Assembly (NCBI GenBank): GCA_050613775.1
Contig: JBODTK010000154.1
Span: 62,001 to 126,000, forward strand
DNA: 64,000 bases
Direction of reading: 5' to 3'
Source of the DNA: Neocallimastix sp. 'constans'
Taxonomy: Eukaryota
Shown: positions 40,142 through 53,993 of the stretch, piece by piece
How the letters are laid out: each line of letters begins with the position of its first letter
How positions within the stretch are numbered: position 1 is the stretch's first letter
Program-made: the position numbers and the translations under genes
Notes under the pieces: generated by a model
Databases searched by the model: none
What the model was told of the DNA's origin: nothing
Seen by the model: only the letters and a program-made list of their open reading frames with translations

Positions 40142-41608
40142 TTAGAGTGGTGGGTTAGCATTCTTAATACCTTGTTCAAAGTGCTTTTGGAACCATTGAC
40201 CGGCTTCTGGTGCTGGCTTCATAGCAGTTTCATGACCACAGTAACCATCGAAACGAGCTGCACTTTCATCAGAAGTACCATCAGATTCACCAAGTGGCTT
40301 AATCCAATAGAAAGCATCAAGATAATCCATACCAGAAACTGGACTAGCTTGTGGTCTAGCTCCAACTCCAACACCAGTTTGGTTACACCATTCTCCTGGA
40401 TGCTTACGATCAACCTTCTTACCATTACGAGAACTATCAGAAACAAAGTAAACGGATTTGATACCTGCTGATTTGAAGTCCTTAGAAATAGCTTCTAAGT
40501 ATCTCTTTTCATCTGGACATGGATTCCATTCAGTGTCTGGACCACGAGAAAGAGTTGGATCTTCCCATGGAGTGTAGTTAGAAACATTATCAGTGAAACC
40601 ACGAACATTACCTGGAGCACCAGAACTAATAACCTTGGCATAAACTTTACCAGCCTTTTCACGATTATCATCCCAACCTAACCAGAAGGCGTGACCAATA
40701 TCAAGATACATAGCAACATGTGGAAGAACACCAAGCTTCTTAATTAAATAAGCATGTCCTTCAAGATAATACTTTTCGGAATCAGCACAAGCTGGAGTAG
40801 ATTCAAGATTAGTAACTAAGTTAGCAAGTGAATCAGGTTCAACAATAAGAACAACTGGTTGAGATTTGTAAGTCTTTAAGTGACCTTCAATAACATCAAT
40901 ATATTCAGACTTGTAACGAGCTAAATCTCCATCATTGGCAAGAAGTTCACCATTAGAAGCAAGAGCGTGACAATCACGACCTGGTAAATCATAAACAACG
41001 AAAACAGTTAAGATATCTTTACCACTACTTTGGTGTTGAGTTTGAGCTCCTTGTAAGTTAGATTCTAACCAACTTTGCATATTCTTAATGGTATCTAACC
41101 AAATAGCATTAGAGTAAGTCTTCATCTTTTCAGCCTTAGCAATAAGAGAAGAATCTGACATTTGAGCAATAGCTCCATCAACTTCTTCAACATAGTATGG
41201 ATTGATATAGAATTCAACACCCTTGAATGGATTACCAGAAATGGTGTATTGTTCATTAGATGGAGTAACATTACCACCACCAGTACTACCACCAGTAGAA
41301 CCAGTTGGAATACCACACCAGTCTCCATTTTCAACACCCCATTTACCTGAGGCATCAGTGTACCAAACTTCAGCATTTGAAGAAGAACAGCATGGATAAC
41401 CTTGAGAAAGAGACCAACAAGTAGCTTGAGCTGAGGCATCAGCAATACCACACCAATTACCGTTTTCTACACCCCACTTTCCATCGTTATCGGTGTAAAC
41501 AACTTCATTACCAGAACAACATGGATAACCTAATCTTTCAGCAAAGCAAGCGGCAGAAGCCTTAGCGGCAAGAGCAGCAGCAGCAGTTAAAGCAATAGTG
41601 GCCTTCAT
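40142..41608 (-). CDS. cel6A: GH6 cellobiohydrolase with 2 dockerins (488 aa)
   Basis: Intact ORF with same motifs. Confidence 0.96.
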   Translation of the reverse strand: MKATIALTAAAALAAKASAACFAERLGYPCCSGNEVVYTDNDGKWGVENGNWCGIADASAQATCWSLSQGYPCCSSSNAEVWYTDASGKWGVENGDWCGIPTGSTGGSTGGGNVTPSNEQYTISGNPFKGVEFYINPYYVEEVDGAIAQMSDSSLIAKAEKMKTYSNAIWLDTIKNMQSWLESNLQGAQTQHQSSGKDILTVFVVYDLPGRDCHALASNGELLANDGDLARYKSEYIDVIEGHLKTYKSQPVVLIVEPDSLANLVTNLESTPACADSEKYYLEGHAYLIKKLGVLPHVAMYLDIGHAFWLGWDDNREKAGKVYAKVISSGAPGNVRGFTDNVSNYTPWEDPTLSRGPDTEWNPCPDEKRYLEAISKDFKSAGIKSVYFVSDSSRNGKKVDRKHPGEWCNQTGVGVGARPQASPVSGMDYLDAFYWIKPLGESDGTSDESAARFDGYCGHETAMKPAPEAGQWFQKHFEQGIKNANPPL

Positions 41609-43108
41609 TTTTGAATATTTTAATTTATATGTAATATTTATTAAAAAATAATATTTATTAAAAAATAATATATTAAAATATTTGTAATCAATACAAATAA
41701 ATTTTTCAATTATAATAATAGTTTTTTTTTTTTTTTAATTTTCTTCCAGAGAAAATTTTATTATTTAATTATGAAAATAAGAAAAATTAAAAATAATAAA
41801 AAAAAAAGAAAAAAATTATCATTTAAATATGAAAAAATTTTTGAAATAGTAAAAAATGATTATAATAAATAAATGTTTTAACTTTTAAAATTTAATATAA
41901 ATTTAATATAAATCCATTTTAATAATTGGAAAGATTATTAAAAATAAACCAATAAAAAAAAATAATAGGAGTAATTTTTAAAATTTTGAAATACAATTTT
42001 TGTTTTTTGTTTTTTTTTTTATTTCAAAATTATTAAGTCACAAACTTTATTATTAATAATTTTTCTAATTATTATTGGTTACAATAATTACTATTGTGAA
42101 ATATTTACTATAAACTTATTCTTAAAACAATATTAATTAAATTATAATAAATATAATTTTAAATTTTTAATTATATTTATGTCTTATTTTTTTAAAAAAA
42201 TTTTAAATTGATATAATAATTAATCATATAATAAAATTAATAAAATTATTTTTAATGAATTATTAAGTCTTTTTTTTTTTTTTGTTTGGAGTAAAAATAA
42301 TTTTTATTCATTTACTTATTAATATTTATATGAATTGTTATACTTTTTTTCTATATTTTTTTTTCTTAATTTTTTATATTAGTTTTGTTATTTTTTTTAA
42401 TAAACTTTCATACAAGTGAATAAATATCCAATTAAATCTTTTTTTTTTTTTACCCATATTCTATATTTTAATTTAGTATTTTTATTAAAGAACTTTAATT
42501 ATTAGATTATATTAATACAAAAATAAATAATAAAATATTTATAAATAGAAAAATAAAAATGGCCAAAATGAATATTTATTATAATACCTATTACCATATA
42601 TACAAAAGCAAAGTTATAAGAACTTTATATATAATAAATATTAGTATAAAATTTAAACAAAATTTTCTTAAATGAAGTTTTAAAAATTTTCATATATATA
42701 TTGTTATAATTATAATTTTCCGAAGATACAGTAATGAAATAATTTAAAGGAATAATTTATTATAAATAATAAATTTAAATTTGTACAGACTTGTTTTTTT
42801 GAATATTTTACTTTTAATTTTTATGCATATAAATAATTTACTAATTGTTCTTCAATTCTAAATATTACATGCAAAGTATAAATACGAATAATTATCATAT
42901 AAACTTTTTACTAAAACAATACTTCATATTATATATATTTAATTATCTATTTTATTTTTATAAAAACACATAAAAATATTAATTATTTAGTATATTATAT
43001 TATATAATTTTATAATTTATAATTAAAATTTTTTATTTTTTATTATTTTTTTTTTTTTAATTTTTATTTTATATTTTTATAACTATTATTATTATAATTA
43101 TTATTATA

Positions 43109-43195
<87 letters not shown>

Positions 43196-43202
43196 GTTAT
43201 TA

Positions 43203-43240
<38 letters not shown>

Positions 43241-43417
43241 GTTATTATTATTATTTTATTTTTTATATTTAATTATTAAATTAATTTTTATCTATATTTT
43301 ATATTTTTAATTTTCTCAATACATTAATTATATATTTGTTTATTCGCATTTAGTATTATAAATAATTTATTTTCGGTATATTTTATTTCTATTAAACCTT
43401 TAGACTTCTCAATTTAT

Positions 43418-44884
43418 TTAGAGTGGTGGGTTAGCATTCTTAATACCTTGTTCAAAGTGCTTTTGGAACCATTGACCGGCTTCTGGTGCTGGCTTCATAG
43501 CAGTTTCATGACCACAGTAACCATCGAAACGAGCTGCACTTTCATCAGAAGTACCATCAGATTCACCAAGTGGCTTAATCCAATAGAAAGCATCAAGATA
43601 ATCCATACCAGAAACTGGACTGGCTTGTGGTCTAGCTCCAACTCCAACTCCTGTTTGGTTACACCATTCTCCTGGATGCTTACGATCAACCTTCTTACCA
43701 TTACGAGAACTATCAGAAACAAAGTAAACGGATTTGATACCTGCTGATTTGAAGTCCTTAGAAATAGCTTCTAAGTATCTCTTTTCATCTGGACATGGAT
43801 TCCATTCAGTATCTGGTCCACGAGAAAGAGTTGGATCTTCCCATGGAGTGTAGTTAGAAACATTATCAGTGAAACCACGAACATTACCTGGTGCACCAGA
43901 ACTAATAACCTTGGCATAAACTTTACCAGCCTTTTCACGATTATCATCCCAACCTAACCAGAAGGCGTGACCAATATCAAGATACATAGCAACATGTGGA
44001 AGAACACCAAGCTTTTGAATTAAGTAAGCATGACCATCAAGATAGTATTTTTCAGAATCAGCACAAGCTGGAGTAGATTCAAGGTTAGTAACTAAGTTAG
44101 CAAGTGAATCAGGTTCAACAATAAGAACAACTGGTTGAGATTTGTAAGTCTTTAAGTGACCTTCAATAACATCAATATATTCAGATTTGTAACGAGCTAA
44201 ATCTCCATCATTGGCGAGAAGTTCACCGTTAGAAGCAAGAGCGTGACAATCACGACCTGGTAAATCATAAACAACGAAAACAGTTAAGATATCTTTACCA
44301 CTACTTTGGTGTTGAGTTTGAGCTCCTTGTAAGTTAGATTCTAACCAACTTTGCATATTCTTAATGGTATCTAACCAAATAGCATTAGAGTAAGTTTTCA
44401 TCTTTTCAGCCTTAGCAATAAGAGAAGAATCTGTCATTTGAGCAATAGCTCCATCAACTTCTTCAACATAGTATGGATTGATGTAGAATTCAACACCCTT
44501 GAATGGATTACCAGAAATTGTGTATTGTTCATTAGATGGAGTAACGTTACCACCACCAGTGCTACCACCAGTAGAACCAGTTGGAATACCACACCAGTCT
44601 CCATTTTCAACACCCCATTTACCTGAGGCATCAGTGTACCAAACTTCAGCATTTGAAGAAGAACAACATGGATAACCTTGAGAAAAAGACCAACAAGTAG
44701 CTTGAGCTGGGGCATCAGCAATACCACACCAATTACCGTTTTCTACACCCCACTTTCCATCGTTATCGGTGTAAACAACTTCATTACCAGAACAACATGG
44801 ATAACCTAATCTTTCAGCGAAACAGGCAGCAGAAGCCTTAGCGGCAAGAGCAGCAGCAGCAGTTAAAGCAATAGAGGCCTTCAT
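43418..44884 (-). CDS. cel6A: GH6 cellobiohydrolase with 2 dockerins (488 aa)
   Basis: Intact ORF with same motifs. Confidence 0.96.
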   Translation of the reverse strand: MKASIALTAAAALAAKASAACFAERLGYPCCSGNEVVYTDNDGKWGVENGNWCGIADAPAQATCWSFSQGYPCCSSSNAEVWYTDASGKWGVENGDWCGIPTGSTGGSTGGGNVTPSNEQYTISGNPFKGVEFYINPYYVEEVDGAIAQMTDSSLIAKAEKMKTYSNAIWLDTIKNMQSWLESNLQGAQTQHQSSGKDILTVFVVYDLPGRDCHALASNGELLANDGDLARYKSEYIDVIEGHLKTYKSQPVVLIVEPDSLANLVTNLESTPACADSEKYYLDGHAYLIQKLGVLPHVAMYLDIGHAFWLGWDDNREKAGKVYAKVISSGAPGNVRGFTDNVSNYTPWEDPTLSRGPDTEWNPCPDEKRYLEAISKDFKSAGIKSVYFVSDSSRNGKKVDRKHPGEWCNQTGVGVGARPQASPVSGMDYLDAFYWIKPLGESDGTSDESAARFDGYCGHETAMKPAPEAGQWFQKHFEQGIKNANPPL

Positions 44885-45059
44885 TTTTGAATATTTTAAT
44901 TTATATGTAATATTTATTAAAAAATAATATTTATTAAAAAATAATATATTAAAATATTTGTAATCAATACAAATAAATTTTTTAAATTATTATAATGGTT
45001 TCTTCTTTTTAATTTTCTTCCAGAGAAAATTTTATTATTTAATTATGAAAATAAGAAAA

Positions 45060-45101
<42 letters not shown>

Positions 45102-46741
45102 ATTAACTATAAAATTATTCTTCTGAAAATAATATTAATTAAATTACCATAAAAATAAAATTTAAAATTTTATATTTATTCTTTTTTTTTTTTATGTATT
45201 AAACTAATTGATATAATAATTAATTATTTAATAAAATTAATAAAATTTTTAATAATTAAAAATTAAAATTTCATGTTTTTTAAATAAAAAATAAACTATA
45301 TTCATATAAAAATAAAAAACAAGTGTTTTCTTGGTTTTAAAATCATAGCATTTTGGCATATATTTTGTCATAAAAACCATATTGTTGATATATATATAAA
45401 TTTTGAAGGCTTAATCAATAGATTTGATATTAAGATCTATTACCATAAATATATTTTATGTTTATAATTTTTTTTTTTTTTTTTATATTTTTTTTTTTTT
45501 TTTATAGACTTTTATATATATATGTATATATATAAAAGTCTATAAAAAATATATATATAGCCAATAACTCTTTTTTGGGGGGTCTAATTTTCTCTTTTAA
45601 TTTTTATTTTACCCATATTCTATAATTTAATTTAGTATTATAATTAAAGAACTTTAATTAATAAAGGTATAAAAATAAATAATAAACATCTTCATAAATA
45701 AAAATTAAGAACCAGCATAATGAATATGATACATATGAATTATTATATTACAAGAATCCATATAAAAAATATTTGTATAAAATTTAAATTTATTTAACTA
45801 AAGTTTTAAAATTTTAATTATATATTATTAAAGTTAAAAATATTTCATTCTTCTATCGGAAAATTACAAGTATTAATTGATTTTAAATAATAAATTCAAA
45901 TTTAAATAAACTTATATTTTTAATTTTTTATTCGTATAAATAATTTATTAATTCATCTTCATTTTTAAATATTATAAAGTTTTATTTTATTTTTAATTTC
46001 ATGTTCATATAAATAATTTATTAATCGTTCAAATTTAAATATTACAAAGTAATATTAATTAAATAATTTCATTATTATTAAAATTATATAAAAAAGATTT
46101 TATATAGATACAATAAAAAAATATTTTTTTTAATTATTTAACAATTTTTTCTATAATGTTTGTGAATGAACAAAAATTTATAATTCCAATAAATATAATA
46201 ATTCAATAATTTTTTTGTTAATTATCAATAATTAATAATTATTCAATTAATCATATTTAAATAAATAAATAATTAATTAAATTTTTATTTCTAACATAAA
46301 ATATAAAAATAAAATAAATACTATTATTATTTTTTATATTTAATTCTAGAAATTCTATAATTTTTATTGAACATATTTAATATAAATATGAAATATTATA
46401 ATATTTAAATTTTGCTTGAAATAATTCATAAAATTCAAATGAATTAAAATCTCAATGATATTTTTTATAAAAGTTACACAAAAATAATAATTATATAATA
46501 TATTTTTATATAATTCTATAATGTATAATTCAACTAATTTTTTTAATAAATTTTTTATTTATATATTTTATATTATTATTATTATTATTATTATTATCTA
46601 TATTTATATAATAATTTACTTTTTTATACATTTATATATTTAATTTATTGAATAAATTAATCATTCAATAGTTTATTTGCATTTTAGCATGATAATTAAT
46701 TTATTATTACATTTTTTAAACTCTTGAACTTCTCAATTTAT

Positions 46742-47257
46742 TTAGAGTGGTGGATTAGCATTCTTAAGACCTTGTTCAAAGTGCTTTTGGAACCATTTAC
46801 CTGCTTCTGGTGCTGGTTTCATGGCTGTTTCATGTCCACAGTAGCCATCGAAACGAGCTGCACTTTCATCAGAAGTACCATCGGATTCACCAAGTGGCTT
46901 AATCCAATAGAAAGCATCAAGATAATCCATGCCTGAAATTGGACTGGCTTGTGGTCTAGCTCCAATACCAACTCCTGTTTGGTTACACCATTCTCCTGGA
47001 TGTTTACGATCTGTTTTATGACCATTACGAGAACTATCAGAAACAAAGTAAACGGATTCAATACCTGCTGCTTTGAAATCTTTGTGCATAGCTTCTAAGA
47101 ATCTCTTTTCATCTGGGCATGGATTCCATTCAGTTTCTGGTCCACGAGAAAGTGTTGGATCTTCCCATGGTGTGTAGTTAGAAACATTATCAGTGAAACC
47201 ACGAACCTTACCTGGTGAACCAGATTGAATGACCTTGGCATAAACTTTACCAGCTTT
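46742..47257 (-). pseudogene. cel6A: 5'-deleted type A cel6A (C-terminal ~170 aa only)
   Basis: Protein identical to the C-terminus of 5808..7289 from KAGKVY on; fused directly to the upstream spacer motif AGGAGTAAATTTT. Confidence 0.92.
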
Positions 47258-47815
47258 AGGAGTAAATTTTAAAATAATTTTAATATACAAATTTTTTTTT
47301 TTTATTTTAAAATTGTTAAGTCACAAACTTTATTAATAATAATATTTATAATTATTATTGGATACAATCATTACTATTGTTAATTATTTACTACAAATAA
47401 TTACAAAAATACTATTAATTAATATTATTTTCAGAAGAATAAATTAATTAATAGTATTTTTGTAATTAAGTTTTACTAAAAGATAATATTCTAAATAATT
47501 AACTCCATTTTGAGTACTTAATATATATATAGATTTTTTATATTTATAATGTTTTTTTCAATATAGATAATTCTTTATTTATATATAGTTTAAAATGATA
47601 TAATTTAAGAAATTATCAATAATTAGAATAGTTAACCTCATTGTTAATAATAATCCTATATATCATATAATATTAATGTAAAAATTTAGTGTATGCTCTA
47701 ATTTAAAAGTTTTAGTTATTCGAATCATTTCTTAGTCTAAAATATTATTATTTATAAAAAAAATTACATAAATTTTATATTAAAAACATGCATAATGAAT
47801 ATGATACATATGAAA

Positions 47816-49300
47816 ATAATTTAAATATTATTAATAATGTAATATAAAAATCGAACTAGGTTCTATCATGGTTATTAATCCGGGGGCTATCATAAATAAA
47901 GCTCCTGGTTCGATCCAGCTCTATGACCATTTTCCAGGTTTTCCTCACAAAAGATTTTTACTGAATATGGTGGTTAGGGTTTCAGGTAAGTATATCCCCT
48001 TTTATGGGCATTTCGCCAATTTTACAAAATTTTAAAATATATATTTATAATTAAATTTTTTTTATAATTAAAAATTATAAATAATTATTTTATCACTATT
48101 TAATAATGTATTAAAAATATATTATTTGTAAAAATAACATTAAAATAATATTGATTATTAAATAAATATTATAAAAAAAATTTTAAAAAAGATATTTTGA
48201 ATTTTTATTTATTTATTCAGGATGTGATGAATTTCACTTTAAAAACCGTTGATGTAAGGGCGGCTTAAATTATTTTCATTAAATAAATAATAATACTTAA
48301 ATTTCAATAAATAATATATTTAATATAAAAAAAAAAAAATAAAAAAAAAAAAAAAAAAAAAAAAAGAAATTTAAAATCTTATGCTACAATAATATATATA
48401 TAATATTTAATTTTAAAGATATATTTTAATTTTTTTGTTAAAATAATAATAAAATATATAATAAAATATAAAATAATATATATTTACAATTATTTTAAAA
48501 AAAAAAATGGGGTGTGTTATACTACTAATTAAATTTATATAAAGTCACATTACAAAATACAACACTCCCATTTATTCATATCAATACTCCACTTGATGAA
48601 ATACAATTTTTCCAAATGTGGTGCATTTCGAAACATGGCTTTATGTAAAATGCGGCGTACTTTAAAAACTGTTGATGTAAGGGTGACTGACTTAAATTAT
48701 TATTAAATAAATAATAATAAATTTTTAATAAATAATAAATTAATAAAAAAATTTTAAAGACATATTTATTGTTTAAGTAATTATAAAATATATTATAAAA
48801 TTTAAAATAATATTTAATTTTAAAGATATATTTGAGTTTTTTTTCTTGTTAAAATAATATAAAATTATACTATAAAATATTTTAATATTTTTTGTTAAAA
48901 TAATAATAATATTTAATATTGCTTAATTTTAAAGATATATTTTAATATTTTTTGTTAAATTAATAATAAATATTTATTATAAATAATGTGTTTATGAGAA
49001 ATTTTTTTTGTTGTTAAAAATTTGGGAGGTCTAGTACGAATCTCTATAGTTTAAGTTATACTGGTCTCACTTCAAAAGAAAATTACGAATTTGAGAAGCA
49101 CTCGGAGAAGTATTAGAGTAGTACTAGAAAAATTCTCAGCAATAATATGCATGTCAGAGTGCCAATGATGAATCACTCAGAAAGGTCGTCCAGTAAGGAC
49201 AATTCTGCCTTTATAAAAAGGAAGTGTGTGACTACCTCATTATTCCCGCTGCACCTAAGGAGAGTGCGGGTTGGGCTGAAACCAAGGGATGTACACACTG
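47816..49300. other. Unclassified ~1.5 kb insertion with GC-richer structured islands
   Basis: Absent from paralogous spacers, whose sequence resumes on both sides; boundaries approximate. Confidence 0.5.
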
Positions 49301-49430
49301 AAAAAAAAATATATATTATACACATTAAAGCAAAATTATAAAAATTTGTATAAAATTTAAAAAAATTTATTTAAATATAAAGTTTAAAATTTTTCATTAT
49401 ATATTATAATTAAAATTATTTCATTATTAT

Positions 49431-50145
49431 TTTTTTTTTTTTTTTTTTTTAACGGCATCAAACTGGTTTCATCTTTATTAATTAAATAGTTAATAAGATT
49501 GATGTAATAAAAAGAAAAAAAGATAAAATAATAAACAAAAAAAAAAAAAAAATAAAATAAAATAATGATATAATGTATTTCATTTAATTAATATCAGTAA
49601 GTCTTCACAAGGGCATTATTATACTCTAGGATAATAATTATTTTTGACTTCACAATGTTAATCATAATTTTAAGATACGAAATTATGATCTTCATTGGTT
49701 GCGCTAACCCTTCTGGCCTGTTTTACTGTTTCTTCAGCACTGACGCTCTCGGTAGTAATAGTAGTAGAATTCGATTTGAACCTATTGAACAAAGACCATT
49801 GCTGGGCAATAGCAATAGATATAATCGGGGGAAGAAGAGCCGCAGTAACCACCAACAATGGAGTATCAGAATAAGCACATGATTTCATCTGGCACTTAAA
49901 TAGATCCTTCCATTCCCTTATACTGTTATTAATACTTCTTCCCCCAAGAAGGAAACTAAACACTTTTTCACACACATTAGAATTAACATACACATTATTT
50001 TCAATATTATTAACATTACTAATAATACTATTACTAATATTATTATAACTATAATTACTATAACTATTATTACTATTACTATTATTACTGATACTATTAT
50101 CATTATTATTATTGACGCTATCAATTGTTAAGTTGTCATACACCA
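49431..50145 (-). mobile_element. 5'-truncated LINE-like (non-LTR) retroposed insertion
   Basis: Poly(A) tail on the minus strand (~49430-49450), TSD ATTTCATTATT (49418-28, 50146-56), ORF open from the 5' edge to a stop at 49670; empty site at ~53364. Confidence 0.78.
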
Positions 50146-50338
50146 ATTTCATTATTGTGTCTTTGGAAAATTAGAAGGATTAATTTAATATTAATATAAG
50201 TAATAAATTTAAATTTAAATAAAATTGCATTTATGAATATTTTTTTTTAAATTTTTATGTATATAAATAATTTATAAATTATTCTTCAATTTTTAATAAT
50301 ATTACTTACTATATAATATTAATTAAATAATTCTATTA

Positions 50339-50371
<33 letters not shown>

Positions 50372-50807
50372 GAAATAATTTAATTTTAATTTTATATACA
50401 TGTAAATGATTTATCATTCTTCTTCAATTTTAAATAAATAAAAATAGGAATATGAAGTATGATAATATTTATTTTATATGTATTAAAAATTTTTATTTAA
50501 TTTTCATATAAAATACAAAGAAATAATTATTATAAAATACATTACTATATAATTTTATAGTTTAACTTTTTTATTTTATTAATTTTTAATTCATTATTTC
50601 TATTTTTTATAAATATTTTTATTTTTATTTTTTTTTTTTTTTTTTTGTTATTTAAATTTATACAATAATTTAATTTTTTTTTTCAATATTTTCTATATTT
50701 AATTTATTAAATAAATTAATTAATTGTTTATTTCCATTTAAATACTGTTAATAATATATTGTTTGTTATATGTTATATTTTTTAAACTTTTAAATTTCTC
50801 AATTTAT

Positions 50808-52274
50808 TTAGAGTGGTGGGTTAGCATTCTTAATACCTTGTTCAAAGTGCTTTTGGAACCATTGACCGGCTTCTGGTGCTGGCTTCATAGCCGTTTCATG
50901 ACCACAGTAACCATCGAAACGAGCTGCACTTTCATCAGAAGTACCATCGGATTCACCAAGTGGCTTAATCCAATAGAAAGCATCAAGATAATCCATACCA
51001 GAAACTGGACTGGCTTGTGGTCTGGCTCCAACTCCAACTCCTGTTTGGTTACACCATTCTCCTGGATGCTTACGATCAACCTTCTTACCATTACGAGAAC
51101 TATCAGAAACAAAGTAAACGGATTTGATACCCGCTGATTTGAAGTCCTTAGAAATAGCTTCTAAGTATCTCTTTTCATCTGGACATGGGTTCCATTCAGT
51201 GTCTGGTCCACGAGAAAGAGTTGGATCTTCCCATGGAGTGTAGTTAGAAACATTATCAGTGAAACCACGAACATTACCTGGAGCACCAGAATTAATAACC
51301 TTGGCATAAACTTTACCAGCCTTTTCACGATTATCATCCCAACCTAACCAGAAAGCGTGACCAATATCAAGATACATAGCAACATGTGGAAGAACACCAA
51401 GCTTCTTAATTAAATAAGCATGTCCTTCAAGATAATACTTTTCGGAATCAGCACAAGCTGGAGTAGATTCAAGGTTAGTAACTAAGTTAGCAAGTGAATC
51501 GGGTTCAACAATAAGAACAACTGGTTGAGATTTGTAAGTCTTTAAGTGACCTTCAATAACATCAATATATTCAGACTTGTAACGAGCTAAATCTCCATCA
51601 TTGGCGAGAAGTTCACCGTTAGAAGCAAGAGCGTGACAATCACGACCTGGTAAATCATAAACAACGAAAACTGTTAAGATATCTTTACCACTACTTTGGT
51701 GTTGAGATTGAGCTCCTTGTAAGTTAGATTCTAACCAACTTTGCATGTTCTTAATGGTATCTAACCAAATAGCATTAGAGTAAGTCTTCATCTTTTCAGC
51801 CTTAGCAATGAGGGAAGAGTCGGACATTTGAGCAATAGCTCCATCAACTTCTTCAACATAGTATGGATTGATGTAGAATTCAACACCCTTGAATGGATTA
51901 CCAGAAATGGTGTATTGTTCATTAGATGGAGTAACATTACCACCACCAGTGCTACCACCAGTAGAACCAGTTGGAATACCACACCAGTCTCCATTTTCAA
52001 CACCCCATTTACCTGAGGCATCGGTGTACCAAACTTCAGCATTTGAAGAAGAACAGCATGGATAACCTTGAGAAAGAGACCAACAAGTAGCTTGAGCTGA
52101 GGCATCAGCAATACCACACCAATTACCGTTTTCTACACCCCACTTTCCATCGTTATCGGTGTAAACAACTTCATTACCAGAACAACATGGATAACCTAAT
52201 CTTTCAGCGAAGCAAGCGGCAGAAGCCTTAGCGGCAAGAGCAGCAGCAGCAGTTAAAGCAATAGAGGCCTTCAT
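50808..52274 (-). CDS. cel6A: GH6 cellobiohydrolase with 2 dockerins (488 aa)
   Basis: Intact ORF; start set at MKASIALT (52274). Confidence 0.96.
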   Translation of the reverse strand: MKASIALTAAAALAAKASAACFAERLGYPCCSGNEVVYTDNDGKWGVENGNWCGIADASAQATCWSLSQGYPCCSSSNAEVWYTDASGKWGVENGDWCGIPTGSTGGSTGGGNVTPSNEQYTISGNPFKGVEFYINPYYVEEVDGAIAQMSDSSLIAKAEKMKTYSNAIWLDTIKNMQSWLESNLQGAQSQHQSSGKDILTVFVVYDLPGRDCHALASNGELLANDGDLARYKSEYIDVIEGHLKTYKSQPVVLIVEPDSLANLVTNLESTPACADSEKYYLEGHAYLIKKLGVLPHVAMYLDIGHAFWLGWDDNREKAGKVYAKVINSGAPGNVRGFTDNVSNYTPWEDPTLSRGPDTEWNPCPDEKRYLEAISKDFKSAGIKSVYFVSDSSRNGKKVDRKHPGEWCNQTGVGVGARPQASPVSGMDYLDAFYWIKPLGESDGTSDESAARFDGYCGHETAMKPAPEAGQWFQKHFEQGIKNANPPL

Positions 52275-53993
52275 TTTTGAATATTTTAATTTATTTGGAA
52301 TATTTATCAAAAAATATTATATAAAAAATTATTTGTAATCAATACAAAAATTTTTTTTTCTTTTATTATAGTAGTTTACTATTTTTAATTTTCTTCCAGA
52401 GAAAATTCTATTATTTAATTATGAAAAAATAAAAAAAATAAAAAAAAAAAAAAAGAAAAAAGATATGCATTTAAATATGAAAAAAAAAATTATTAAAATA
52501 AATGTTTCAACTCTCCAAATTTAATATAAAATTAATAAAAATCAATTTTGATAATTGAAAAAATTATTAAAAATAAACCAGTAAAAAAAAATGATAGGAG
52601 TAAATTTTAAATAATAATGAAATACAATTTTATGTTTTTTAAATTTTTAAAACTTTATTAATAATAATATTTATAATAATATTTATAATTATTATTGGTT
52701 TCAATTTTATTATTGTTGATAACTTATTATAAACTTATTCTTAAAGCAATATTATTTAAATTAGCATAAATATAAATTAAAATTTTTAATTATATATATG
52801 TTTATCTTTTTTTTTTTTTAAAAAAAAAATTTTTAAACTAATTGATATAAAAATTAATTATATAATAAAATTAATAAAATTCTTATTAATGAATTATTAA
52901 GGATTTCATTTTTTTTTTTTATTTATTTATTTTTAATAAAAGATAATTTATAATCATCATTTTAATTTTTTTTCATACACTTGCATATATATAAATATAA
53001 ATGACTAATGATCAATTATATCATTTTTATAATATTTTATTCCAAATATTTAAGATTACTTATATATAAGTAAAAAATTTTATTTTAATATTTTTTTTTT
53101 TTTTTTTAATGGCTAATTTGCTTTTTTCATTTTTATACTATACCCATAATCTATATCTTAATTTAATATTATAATTAATAAACTTTAATTAATAGAATAT
53201 ATTAATCAAAAATAAATAATAAAATATCTTCATAAATAAAAAATAATAATAATTATATAAATTAAAGCGAAATTAAAAATTAAAAGAACTTCTATAAAAT
53301 TTAAACAAAATTTATTTAAATTAAGTTTAAAAATTCTCATTATATGTTATTATAATTAAAATTATTTCATTATTATATCTTTGGAAAATTATAAAGATAG
53401 TAATTTAATATAAATAATAATTTAAATTTTTGAATATTTTATTTTTAATTTTTTATGAATTAAATGATTAATTAATTATTTTTCAATTCAAATGTTACTA
53501 AATAATATTAATTAAATCATTTGATTAAAATTATAAAAAAACGATTTTTAAATAATTTTTAAAAAAAAAATATTTTTTTCTGAAATAATTTAATTTTATA
53601 TACATATAAATAATTTATTAATTCTTCTTCAATTTTACATATAAATAAAAACAAAAATACGAATATGAAATATGATAAAATTCATTTTATAGTATTAAAA
53701 TTTTTATTTCATTTGCATAAAAAATACACAGATATAATTATTATAAAGTACATTACTATATAATTTTATAGTTTAACTTATTTATTTTATTAATTTTTAA
53801 TTTATTATTATAATTTTTTAAAGTACTTTTTTTTGTTATTTAAATTTATACTATAATTTAATATTTTTTTTTAATATTTTCTATATTTAATATAATATTA
53901 ATTAATTAATTGTTTATCTTCATTTAAATATTATCAATAATTTATTGCTTGCTATATGTTATATTTTTTAAACTTTTAAATTTCTCAATTTAT

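Noticed and set aside
47859..47929. tRNA or tRNA-derived SINE (GGTTCGATCC ... ACCA)
   Set aside because: No acceptor stem, D-arm or canonical 7-nt T-loop can be formed
47972..47985. Telomerase RNA template (AACCCTAAC on the minus strand)
   Set aside because: Single short match; the nearby structured island reads better on the other strand and no pseudoknot is evident
49160..49290. Hammerhead, twister or HDV ribozyme
   Set aside because: Required cores (e.g. CUGANGA with GAAA and NUH) are not found in the right arrangement on either strand
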